Of a stretch of DNA of 64,000 bases, positions 38,307 to 50,301 are shown piece by piece (position 1 is the first letter of the stretch; every line of letters begins with the position of its first letter). The notes beneath the pieces are model-generated. The model had not been told where the DNA came from, did not search any database, and saw only the letters and a program-made list of their open reading frames with translations. This DNA comes from Takakia lepidozioides. Taxonomy: Eukaryota > Plantae > Bryophyta. Made by a program: the position numbers and the translations under genes. The stretch spans positions 21,142,001 to 21,206,000 of the forward strand of contig CM060733.1 in NCBI GenBank assembly GCA_030704615.1. Reading direction: 5' to 3'.

Positions 38307-40526
38307 ATGAAGGTCAACGGATGTAGGCTGCAGGGTAGACGAGAGAATGCGGTGGTTGTGGTAGCTGTATTCCTGGCTATGGTGGCCGGGTGCTCTGCTG
38401 CAACGTTTTGGGATAACTTTCAGGGATTTGCTGATAGCAACCATGTGGTAGTGTTGAATAATGGCCTGCAGGTCCAGCTGATTCTCGACCAGCAATCTGG
38501 TACGCTCGTGGCTGATCTGCCCTTACGTTACACCCGATTTGTGTGAAGCTGGCTAGCTGCAGGGTGGAAGTTTAGACGCGGAAACTGTGTAGACCTTCGA
38601 ATACGTGAAGTCCGGGGTGAACTTGTGTAGCCTTGTGGTAGATTGAATCATTATTAATTGGTTGTTTTACTATGTTTGCTTGTGGTACAAGGGCATTGCC
38701 CAAGGTACTGCGCCTAAGCTTTTCACCATCCAGCTAGTTATAATGTACAACAAATATAGTTATGGAAAGTCAGCCCTTCTTCTCGAAGGATCTGCCGGTC
38801 CAGGCTTGGCCACATTTTTCCTCACATGGCGATATGAGGGAATCTACTATATTGACTTCCCCCTTTTGGCCCTATTGGATTGCAATGTGCTGGTGGGAAT
38901 GTTATGAGCAGCTACCCGAATTTGGTTCTGATGTGTTATAGTTGCGTGGTTGTGAAGTCAAACTGCTGTAGAGGTGGTATCATCTCAGCCAAGCTTCGAT
39001 ACGGAGATCCCCCTCTAGTGAACTGTTTCTGGTGTTTTCTGTGTAGATACGAGTCTAATATGCGGCCTCCCTTAGACATTTAGAGAGACAGAATTTTGCT
39101 TGAAGTTGTGATTACTAAGATGGCACGGGGCAATTTGGATTTCCAGCTTCCGGATTTGGTTCGAAGAACACGTTCCTTTTTGGGCACATCAGTATGCAAA
39201 TCAAGCTCGTCCCTGGCAACTCGGCTGGCACTGTTACGGCTTATTACGTACGTTTATCTATCCCGTAGTGTTTGTGCAACATACAGGTACTATATGTAAA
39301 CTATCTGAGTAGTGGACTGCCGTGGGTCAGCAACTCAGCTCAGAGTTAGGAGCAAGTGGCCAGATGTCTGACTGGCTGGATGGAATTCATGGTGATGTGC
39401 TTGTTGTGACACTGTTGTATAAGTGATCACGGCTCGATGCACTGGAAAGCCGGTTACATTCTGTGAGATCCTTGAAGTAAATCAAGTTCCATACATGTGA
39501 ATCTGGTAGGTGTGATTTTCCAGAAACGAAAGGAAAATTTTGGAGTGCTCTGAAGTACTCCACCTGAGGATGATGCCCCTAATTCTCGGATCGCCTTGTG
39601 GGCTTATGCAGTTGTCATCTGGTGGGACTGCTCACGATGAGATGGATTTCGAATTTTTGGGGAATGTTTCAGGCCAGCCCTACTTATTGCAAACAAATGT
39701 GTATGCTCAAGGAGTGGGCAACCGAGAGCAGCGTGTCGGCCTCTGGTTTGACCCCACAGCCGATTTCCATACATACTCCGTCCTGTGGAACAAGAACCAG
39801 ATCCTGTAAGCGTTGTCTCTCCCGCTGTTCTACCACTCATCCTGACAAATAGGTAGCAAGTGTTGATTTTCACCGAGCAAGCTGCGCTCCGGTCAGCTGA
39901 CCACGCGGTAATTTTAGGGTAACACGCGCATTTCTCTCCTTTACAATATTCGCCCTTCAGGATCGAGTGTTGTAGTATATTTAGGGCATTGCATAGGTTG
40001 CTCATGCAGTTAACAGAACAACTTGAGGTTTTCTATTTAACACATTTTCGGACAATCTATACCTGGTGATTCTGTTCGACTTATTTCTCGCTTATTTATG
40101 CATTGTTGCTGTTTTTTCTTCAGTTTCCAAGTGGACAACACAACCATCAGGGTATACAAGGACAATGAGGATTTGGGCGTACCTTACCCTAACAGCCAGC
40201 CAATGGGCCTCTATTCCAGTCTATGGAATGGCGATCAATGGGCTACCCGTGGCGGCCTTGACAAACTTAATTGGACCTCGGCCCCCTTCATTGCAACATA
40301 CCAGCAATTTGATGGTCTCGATGCTTGCACTGTGTACAACAATGATACTTCTGCTTGCCTTACCGCGTCCAACAACTGGTGGGAGGCGTCCGCTTATCAG
40401 TCGCTGGACTCCACACAAGTCGGCCAATTGGCCTGGGTTCGGCAGAATTACCTTGTCTATGATTACTGTTCGGATATTGTACGGTTCCCTACAACTCCAC
40501 CTGAATGCTCGCGGAACGCTTCATGA
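38307..40526 (+). CDS. XTH: Xyloglucan endotransglucosylase/hydrolase (GH16 XTH), paralogue 2
   Basis: Exons 38307-38499, 39147-39247, 39612-39805, 40124-40526. Signal peptide ending [40 protein letters not shown]. Confidence 0.95.
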
Positions 40527-42619
40527 AGTAGTGATGGTTCTCTTTCTAAGGGGAGCATGAAGCCACGGTTCTGACAAAAAAATTCATCCCGGCCCATTGA
40601 ACCTGGAAAATCTGTATCTAGTACAACGCTTCTCTTCTTTGTTAGGGGGAGAGGCCGGGGAAGCTATGAAGTCATCACCTTGAACATACGAAAGGTGGGA
40701 TTTCAAAGCTACCCCGATAGTATTTGTAGGATATTGTTGATAGTCGTTGCTGTATAAAATTGGATCTGGTGCAGATAGTGAGGAACAGGGTTTCATCTAG
40801 CACGGAAATGTAAATGGCTGTGGATCTGATGGCTGGATTTGTCAATCTCACGTTAGGTCATTGCCATTGGGACTGAGTTATCAGCTCAGTTCAAACAATT
40901 TTGGGGTTATCGCTGTCCTTTTCACAATTCTTTCCCAAAAACAATAAAACGGTTGTCTGGCTACTGTTCTTACTTCAGTCACATTTGCAGGCTCGATAGT
41001 ATCACATGTACAGTTCTACTTAAGAATGAGTTTCCCATTTACGATCTTTGAAATGGCCTTTAGCTGTAGCTGCCTCTCTCATCGATTTGTGAGAAAGACC
41101 ATCACCAACTTCATCCACAGAATTGTGGAAGGGTGCATCTCTCATGTGAGTATGACGTGTACGAAGACGAGTGTCGAGAAGGGCCGTGAACAATGCACAT
41201 CACACGACCCAAAACGATCTAAACTGTCCCGGCCAACACAGGGAATCCAGTGTTCATATCAGAGCCCCAGTTTTTGACACAGCTCTAGTTCTTTGCAGCA
41301 AAATGGAGGGTGTTTTGGACGGCACGTATGCTAAGCACCCTGCATGTATCTTGTCGCATCTTTGAGAAGGGACTAGTTTGCAACAATCACTTTTGAGATG
41401 ACAACCTCTTGATATTTGTCCTGTAATTTGTGTGGAACTCAGTTGTATCATATCCCCAGCTGAGAAAAATTGCCCTCGATTGACTGCAACTTTTTGCAAC
41501 AGGTCTGGTGGGGTGCCCAAGTTGTACAGGCAGTACTATCAGGTCCTGCAAGTTTCCCCGAGGAAAGGAAGCTGAGGGCTAAGTTCCACTATAGATGCGG
41601 GTCTGCAAAAGATGTTTCCATTTATTGTTGTAAAACGAAGCCCTCGGTAATCAAGGTTTTTACCAGAGGGTACTTGGACAAGTGGATCTGAGCGTCAATT
41701 GCCATATCTTGACTGGTTCCATGGGTTGAAGGAAAAAGGGCACTCAGATTTGTTACCCATGCTACTGAGCCCTCCACCCTGCAGACCGGGTTTACAAGGA
41801 CCCTTGAGGAGAAAGGACGTCACTTTTCAGGTTGAATCTTTTCATTGTAATTTGTTTACAGGATTAACAGCTTTGATAAATGTAAATGTGGGATACAATA
41901 TACAGTTACCACAAGTGGGAGGTATGTTCATTTATACAAGTACATGAATGGAGGAATGGATGTGGATCTGCATGCATGATGCCTGTATCCATCAGCTGCA
42001 CCTGCGATTATTCTGTTCCCTTGTTAACCTGCAAGGGCCACACCTCAATGTGATTTCACACCTACTTTGCTGCTACAATTTTTTGGCAAAAGACACCTGC
42101 AACAATTTCTGCTTGGAGCATCACATATGCTGTTCACCAGTCACACAAACATACATTGATAAGGGACCAGCTGAGAAGCTTTAAGAGGTGTCCAGGGAAA
42201 GATGTGCTCCTTGGTAAACTGATTCCCTGTTTATAGTAGCTGTGACATATCCTTTTCAGCTGACAATGACCTTTCCTGAGCAGCTTGTGGAAACAAGATC
42301 CACCTGACTATGAAACTCAAATCTAATTTCTTACTAACGAATTTGTAGTTGGAGGGACTAGTTGTTGAGGCACTGACATCATAATAAAGAGCATAAAGTT
42401 GCTTTGACCACCATTACAGCAGCCCCCTCCCTTACTGCACCAAGCTTGCACTGCCAATCACACGGTAGAAAGAAAAGGCAGAAGACATTGAAAGAGAGAA
42501 ACCGTAGCAAAAAGCTTGAAATAAATGAAATGGATGCCCAATTTCACACCATATCAAGAAGACACCCCTTTGCTTCCCGCTATTGCTCACAACTGGGGAC
42601 AGTACCATCCCGAAGTGGC

Positions 42620-43285
42620 TTTCCTGAGTGTCAACCACTCCATCACCAGCACTCTCTGCCACTCAGATGGGGTGAACTTTGGGATGTAAAGCCATGGCAA
42701 GTGGGCATGTGCAGCAGCAAACTCTGCAGCATTGCAGGACTCAAGTCGGTAGTCCAGTCCTCCATACATTAGTTGGGTGTAGTTGTTTGTCAATTTCGCC
42801 ACTATTTTCAAAGACTGCTACCTGCAGGACAACTGAGAATGCCCTGTACAAAGGAAATCAAACTAACATGCTGCCCCAGATCCCACTTCAACTACTTTTC
42901 AATCCATAATTTCAACTTGAGTGGTACCATTCTTAGATATATACTGTTCTTTCACTTGTCCAATACACACCACCATCTCAAACTTCCCTGTTTCTGCCTC
43001 CTATAAAATGAGAGTTAGTGGGGCACACTCACTACCTCTAGACTGCCTACACACGGTTTGGCAGTTAGGGTGTGGAGAGAGAGACACAAAGATAGGGATG
43101 ACTCGATAGACTTTGCCAGCAATAGCCATATGGCCGTAGATCCACACCAAGTTGTCATACAAGTCACTGAATGAATGACAAGAAACCCACCGCAATCTGA
43201 AGAGAACGTAAACCTCCCGGGCCAGTGAGAAAAGGAAGTTGGGCCACTGCACCTTGACAGCCACCTCTTGTCCATCTATTTAGAC
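42620..43285 (-). pseudogene. ABC1/UbiB atypical kinase (ABC1K) exon fragments
   Basis: V*IDGQEVAVKVQWPNFLFSLAREVYVL (about 43285-43195) and GLDYRLESCNAAEFAAAHAHLPWLYIPK..RVLVMEW (about 42770-42620) match the ABC1K VAVKVQ and ELDY..E..N/VL.MEW motifs. In-frame stop and deletions present. Confidence 0.75.
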
Positions 43286-44161
43286 CTGCTCCAACCAATG
43301 ACCAGCAATATTCAAAGCAGCTCAACTGTGTATTTGGAAAGGAGCAAAAGCTGAACAGTTTACAAGAATAGACCCAAAGCACTGTGAAGCAGAATGTCGA
43401 AATCATAAAGAACGTTTAATCCCGGTGACTATGTGGGCCAAGGGGGCTATGTTGTAATCGGGGTTAGTTCTCATTCTCATTCACAGAAGACCGCTGTCCT
43501 GAACCACCGTATTGCAGCACTTTCTTTTAGTAAAGTTTCAATGAGAAGGGAACACATTTGAACGTTACAAGAACGGTCACCAAAAAGAGATTTCTATAAT
43601 CAAATATCTCAGTGTGATTGCTACCGTAGCGAGACCTGAAGAACTGTAACATGTGGATAGCATGCGCATATCAAGAGTGGATTCCAGCAAAGTGTCCTAC
43701 ACGAGCAATGGCAAATTGGGAATCTTTTCTATGTTATGCTCAAACTTTGAGGTTGTTTTCCACAAGCTAGGTTCTCCCAAAACCCTAGCTGGAAAAGAAA
43801 ACAGCAGGGCCGAAATTTATTACAGGTACTGAAATATTCCTCTTGGCTAGCCTTGTCACCCCAAAACCAACCATCCCTCCACAGCTGGCAGGTAAAATAT
43901 TCACCTGTGATCGTTCTCACTGGTTGACTGCATTGAGCCCAACACCAATTTTAACACATGACCATTTCCGGCCACAGTGCTATATCTAGTAAGCTATCTA
44001 TTGGTGGCTTGAGGCTCATCAAATTGAGACTCCACAATGTGGTCAGGCTCTCAAACCCAATGTTAATCAAATATTGCGGTAGACATGGATAACAGAGAAA
44101 GACATCAGAATGCCACAAGGGGATACCCACAGAAACAATTAAAGTGTGCTACACAGCATAC

Positions 44162-44223
44162 CAGGCGTTGATCCAAACAGAAGATAACTGCCCCTGCTCC
44201 AGCATACAGCATGTTCTCATTAC
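44162..44223 (-). pseudogene. Isolated exon with canonical splice sites, possibly from a WD40 protein
   Basis: ttccttcag|G NENMLYAGAGAVIFCLDQRL|gtatgc; no other exons recognised. Confidence 0.35.
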
Positions 44224-44469
44224 CTGAAGGAAACAAACTGCCGTGAGACTTAATACTTCTCCATGGCTGTCAGTCGAATCTCTTTTCAGTGGCTGGGTCT
44301 GTATCCAGGGTACTTTCACCAGAGAGACGCCCTCTACAATTCCATCAGGGGAATTGTTCCTGTACCTCAGTTTACCAACTTTGAAAGTCTCGAGCCTGAG
44401 CCAAAAGCCCAGGCCCTTTTGGGGGCTAGCTATTGGGCAAATCACACAAAGCGGGCTGCTTAGTATGGC

Positions 44470-44702
44470 ACTTGACTAAGCTCTACTCTCTAGGAATACT
44501 TTTGCAAAACCAAGGGCTTCTATATGTGCCCTTGCTTGAGTACTCGGTCTGCCTTTTGGGAATAGGTGCTCGTTGTCGTGCTTACTTACATGGACTTGAT
44601 TAGCTCTACTCTGATTCTATTTTTGCAAACCAAAGGCCTCTGTGGCCCCTTGCTTGTGTACTAGGCTCTAGTGACACCTTCCTCTTGGGAATGGGTGCTT
44701 AC
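44470..44702. repeat. ~125-bp diverged tandem duplication
   Basis: ACTTGA..AGCTCTACTCT..TTTTGCAAA..CCCTTGCTTG.GTACT..TTGGGAAT.GGTGCT occurs twice. Confidence 0.65.
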
Positions 44703-45725
44703 TGACATGAGACCCCCCCTCCTTCCCTCTGGAGCATGGGCTGAAATAGGTGCTACTGAGTTCTGTACCTATGTTGACTGAAATGGCTGAAAGGACCTCC
44801 CTTACCTCTCCTCTCTTTGCTAGTATGACCTGTTGCAGGGATGACATTGATAACAAATGTGAAGTGGTTTAAGCCTGGGTTCCAAAGGGATCTCTGACCT
44901 GTTGGTTGGTTGGTTGGCTGTGATGGATCCAGGTGATGCCACTTTAACTTCTTTTGTTGCAGGATATGCTACTAAGGGCAAGAGACTAAGGGAGTGAGGC
45001 TTTGAGCTCTCTCAAACCTCAAATCTGTTTGTATGTGTTGATTATGTACACATACTACTGCTCTGATTGGCTTGATGGATCTATGAGCTAGTACCTACAT
45101 GGAAAGGAGTTATTTTTTAGCAGACACTTGTGTTCTTCCTACTTCTACTGTCGCTTCCTACAATATGAAAGTGAGGAGGCATATCTGTTTCTGAGAAGGG
45201 CCTACCTAGTGTGCATCTGGTTGCCACTTTGTACACCTAAAAACTGGTTTTCCAGCAAGGATGTGTAAAGGGAGGTATGGAGGCAGATCCGGTTCGATGG
45301 TACCTACATTAGGCTGTCTGATGTCGTTAGAAAGAGACAAACACAGCATGCTGTGCTTAGTGTTTCCTTGTCTAGCTTTGACATTCTATGTGAATCTCTC
45401 TTGCAACATTTCGAAGAGGCCATGTCCCCTTTGAAAGATAAGCCCTACTAGCCTCATTCCGCTCTCCTATTACCCTTTACCACTCCCACCCTAACAAGTC
45501 AGCAAGCAACATCATAGAGAACTTCAGCATCATAATCTCATCTTCGAGTCACCATACTGAACTCAGCAGTCGAGATGTGTATGCTGAAAGGCATTGGACC
45601 AAGGCATAGAAAGGGCTGTAACAAAATGAGGGGCAGGGATAAGGAAAGGAACTCGGCTTAGAGATACTGACATCACCTTCTCCGCGCCAAAGCATCGGAA
45701 CCTCTGAGAGACGGATTTTGTGCCA

Positions 45726-46332
45726 AGAAACATGTACAAACTGGCCAAGACAGTCTTACTCCAAATCAAAACTTGAAACGGCCTGTCCTTCCAGCTCCAG
45801 CCCTAAACGCAGGAGACGTAAAGCGACCAGGAGCGCATGGCATTATGAAGCGGGACTTTCTCTTGACACAAGTTGAACGCGCATGCCATGTGCTCGTGCT
45901 CGATCTACGTCTCCTGTGCTGCGGCATATATCCCGCAGGAAATGTTCAATGAGTCCTGTCTTTCCTGTCTTTTTCTCTACCCCCTCTCACAAAGCCCTCT
46001 CTGGTCAGGGATGAACCCCTCGTCGCAAGAGGAATCCAAACTCTGTTCTGACAAGAAGAAACATGTAACCAAACTGGCCAAGACAGTCTTATTCCAAATC
46101 AAAACTAGAAACGGCCTGTCCTTCCAGCTCCAGCCCTAAACGCAGGAGACGTAAAGCGACCAGGAGCGCATGGCATTATGAAGCGGGACTTTCTCTTGAC
46201 ACAAGTAGAACGCGCATACATGTGCTCCTGCTCGATCTACGTCTCCTCCGCTATGGCAAATATCCCGCAGGAAAAGTTCAAAGAGTCCTGTCTTTCCTGC
46301 TAACTTCTCTACCTCCTCTCACAAAGCCCTCT
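45726..46332. repeat. ~330-bp high-identity tandem duplication
   Basis: AGAAACATGTA..AAACTGGCCAAGACAGTCTTA..CTCTCACAAAGCCCTCTC starts at about 45726 and again at about 46057. Confidence 0.85.
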
Positions 46333-47800
46333 CGATTAACTGGTTCACCTTCTGCCATAGATCTCAAAAGCATTAGTTGGCTCACAAATGTCTGTGGATG
46401 ATGGGACCACATTTTGCCTAGCCTTTCTCTCTCGCTGTTGAAGCTGAAGCTATACACTGGCGGCTGGTCCTTCCCCTTTTGTAGGTTAACCCGTAAGTGC
46501 GTAAGCGACCCATTTTGGGTCGGTTGGGTTTGTTTAATCAACCCTAACTTCCTGTGGTTAAGGCTGATTGGGCCTTTTTTGGGTCCCCCTTCATATAACA
46601 TTGGCAAATTGGTCAATGGCTTGAAGGGGTATGGGTCTGGCCCAATGGGAAGGGGGCCAACTCAGCTTTTTGAGGCCATTTTGGCCACCCTAACCAGCCC
46701 AAGTTGCTGACATGGCAACTGCGGTCAGGTTAGGGTGAATGAAAGATACCCCATAAAGGAGCGGGAGGCACGCTTCCCCAAAGGCCTTGATTGCCCGGCG
46801 GCGGCATGGCGGCCGGCAGGTCTGGGTATTCCCAGGCCTCCGCCCTAACCTGAAAGCGACGGCGATGAGAGCTCCGGCTGGAGAGAGTGCAGCCGCGGCT
46901 CGAGGAAAACTCCCATGCGGAGTGGGCCAAACCTAGGGCGGGGGTTTGATAAGGTTGGGGGTGGAGTGGGCCCCCATGAAAGCAGGGCCGGGTACCCTTC
47001 TGGGTTATGCCTCCAAAAATCCTGGGCCTGTAGGCTATAACATGGGTGTTTCATTTGAAGTCTTGGGCAGGGAACCTAAGGATGCGATGGCATTGCCTGA
47101 TTGGTCTCAAACTGTTTTGGGGACTTCATTTGGATGCCCATGACATTTCTACCGGAGGGATTAGGAATTGAACGGCAGAATGTTTTTGTATGATTTTAGG
47201 AAGAGAGATTTTGGCCTGCCCAGAGAAAATGGCAGATTTTCAAGTTTGACCCCCAAATTGTGACTACAAAGGAGCCCATTTGACAAAAGTTCAGAAAAAA
47301 CTGAAAATTTCTGAGACTGTGTGTTATCAGACTGGTATGGAGCAACATTCTTGAGACTCTTTTAAAATAAAATAAAAACTGCCCAAATACGCCAAAAACT
47401 GCTTTTTTGGCACCTATTTCTTAGTGAAGAGTTTTTTTGGTCCCCACTCTACACTTTATAATCTCCGGATCTGGCACTTTTTGTGGTAGGAGGTGGGGTA
47501 GGTGGGAAGTAATTCCAACGGTCAGTTTTACAGGGACAGAGAGATAAAAAGTTTTTGTGGGCCAGGGTCATGTTTTTCCGCCAGTGCTGGAAAATGTGCC
47601 CTGGCACTTGCGGGTTGTGGTCTAGTTTTGTTTCCTGGGAAAATGGTTGTTTGCTGTTTCTGAAGAATCCAACTTTGTGGCTGTGTGTAGGGGGAAGAAA
47701 GGCATTGTGACAGTGCTCACTACTCTAGTGCTCGTGTTGGGGGCAAGCTGCATGCAGCAAGTGCGCTCACCAGCTGCTGCAGCGATGGCTGATGTGACCA
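46266..47800 (+). pseudogene. Duplicated fragment of the FBT gene (intron 2 plus start of exon 3), split by an insertion
   Basis: About 46266-46460 matches about 7791-8008; about 47630-47800 matches about 8186-8368 (GIVTVLTTLVLVLG..AMADVT) with indels. About 1.15 kb of unrelated DNA lies between. Confidence 0.85.
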
Positions 47801-47829
47801 AAAATCAAAACAACACTCCAGCATATTGA

Positions 47830-48868
47830 ATCTTCCTCACCTAGTCTTGAGATTAATTTTGTTACAATCTACCAACTCCCAACTTCAAAGGTGGATTTTC
47901 CTAATTTCTTAGGGGTAGATGGAGGTGGTAGACAAGAATATATTTGTAAGGCTCAAAATGGTGGATGATTCAGAGTGGTAAGATAGAGCTTCCTACATGT
48001 AGCTATGTACAATTTTTGGAGTGACCCACCAAAATAGGTCTCCTTTAATGGTTAATCTAATGTTTGGATAGTTAATGTGACTATCCCTTCCACTACCTAG
48101 TGGACATGCATATCCGGAGGTTATTTGCCGATAATGCACATATGCACAACCGAAAAGTGTAGCCCCCGCAAGAACCGGCTATGGAAAGGAACCGGCAAAA
48201 GCCATCGAGCTTCCCAACCGGATAGAGAACCGACATCGTGATTGTAAGGATGTTATACCCGGAGCAAGATCCGGAGCAAATGTGGATGTCGTTGAGGTGG
48301 TTCTAGATAATACAAGTTATGTAGGGGCTGGTGATGGTAGTTAAGAACATTACAGATGGACTGATCCTGCGGGGAATGTTATGTCTTACTAGTTACAATA
48401 CATTTACAATGGTTAGGGAGAATGTCCAAGTAGATAGGAAATTAATTAGTCGGGCATTTGGCTAAAATAATAGTTGTAAGATGTAAGCTTAGCCAGAGAT
48501 AGATGACTCGAGTTGAACATTTGAAAATCAGATCCACAGGCCAACACACAAGTGGCTTACCACCAGGCCACAACCCTCTTGTGTAGTTTTACACACATAC
48601 ACAAAAAGTCTAGAAAAAGTAAGAAAATATTAGTGGATGAATCCCATAACCAGTACCATGGAACCATGGAACCGGCATTTTTTAAGATGACATAACCGGT
48701 AGATTGAGAACCGGACAGAAAAAAAATTCATGTGTTTAATGAGAACCTGTAACCGAGATGTTTTTTATACCTATTGGTATACCCTGCCCCGACCATCCAT
48801 TTTTTTCAAAGCATAGGCTATAACCCGGACCGGAAGAGGGCTCAAAACATGGTACCCGGCCAACACTG
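47830..48868. mobile_element. Non-autonomous DNA-transposon-like repeat rich in AACCGG motifs
   Basis: Many (GA)ACCGG motifs; the right end reverse complement CAGTGTTGGCCGGGTACC resembles a hAT TIR. Left end and TSD not found. Confidence 0.35.
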
Positions 48869-50301
48869 GTGCATACCTAAGCACCTTACCATGTCAGGAT
48901 TTGGCGAAAAATCCCTTGTGAAGCTGTTTTATTTGCATGGACGCCCCAACTTTTTTTGAGGTCAAAATTTCACAAAAAATCGCCAGAAAAAAGCCGCTGC
49001 AAGTTCCAGGGACCTGCTATCACGCCCAAGTATTTTAAAACAAATCTAATCTCAACAACTAAATACAGATCTGAGAAGCATATTCTGTTCTCATGGAGCT
49101 TGAAGAGCTCTTATTGCCAACATGCTTGTTGTGAACAACTCATCCGCTGCAAATAGATTGTTCGCACACCAAGATATAGTTGGAAAATGAATCAGACATT
49201 GGATCTACAAACATAAGACATGTAAAACGATTTGGAATCAATAAAGACATGGATATCAACAAGAGAAAAGCTCTTTCCTGGCTCGGTAAACCTTTGAAAC
49301 TGTGGAGATATCTGTTGGCCTCAACTGCAGAACATCACATGTGTGCTATTATGTCATACCAACAAGTGACAACTGCTACCACTGTGCCTCACCCAAAACC
49401 TGAATTAGACTATACATTATCCATGGATTTCACATGAACCCAGGTGCCAAATGGCAGAAACTGGACTCATTAAGTCTTCCAAAGTGCTCAGGTGCTGCTG
49501 TTAAGAAAGCCCCCTTGGGTGTGTCATGAGCTAGCCTGCCTGCGAACAGCAACCAGGACCAGCCCAGTGGTAGTGAAGCAAGACTTGTTCTGGGACCTAA
49601 TGATACAACACATCAGGAACGACAGGGCTAATGACTCTAGTCAAAGAGAGCCTGACACACAGTTAACTTCTCATAATGGCCTGTGGATGTATCTAAGGTG
49701 CCTTTGCAACTGCTTACCCCAGTTAAATAGCTATGACAGCTCAACAGAAACTGACCAGCATGCACGCCAAGCCAGTGAATATCTGAAAGCCCAATCGAAG
49801 ATATCCCAGTACCATGGAGGCAAGAATGCATTACCTGCATGTGCAGCATCTGTGGATGATGCGCTCTCCTTCAAAGGTTATAACAGTGTGCTCTGAGACA
49901 TCTATAGGTAATAACCATCCCAGAGTCTCTGCATGTTTGAAGCTATCCCCTGCAAAGACCTTTCTACACGTACCCCCATAAGTTTCAGGCAGGACCTCTC
50001 TCTTACTCTCCTTCAACTTGGATTATGGGGTATGTCACCATTCGGCTAAAGTCACATTCAGAGAAAGATGACAAGAAAGAGAGGCTGAACTACTGATTAT
50101 GCACTTACAAGGTCCGGCTGGTATTTGACCTCAGCTCAATGTGACCAGGATGCAACAACCCATCAATGCTATTCATCATGTAATACACATACACCCACTT
50201 TTGACTAGAAAGTGTCAAATATGGGATCAAAGTCCCGGTCCTTAACCTGATGGACCAGAAAAATATAACGCCCCACTTAATCCTAATTCATGTAGTAATA
50301 G

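Noticed and set aside
47582-48868. Complete hAT element bounded by CAGTGCTGG / CCAACACTG
   Set aside because: The TIR match is short and no 8-bp TSD flanks it.
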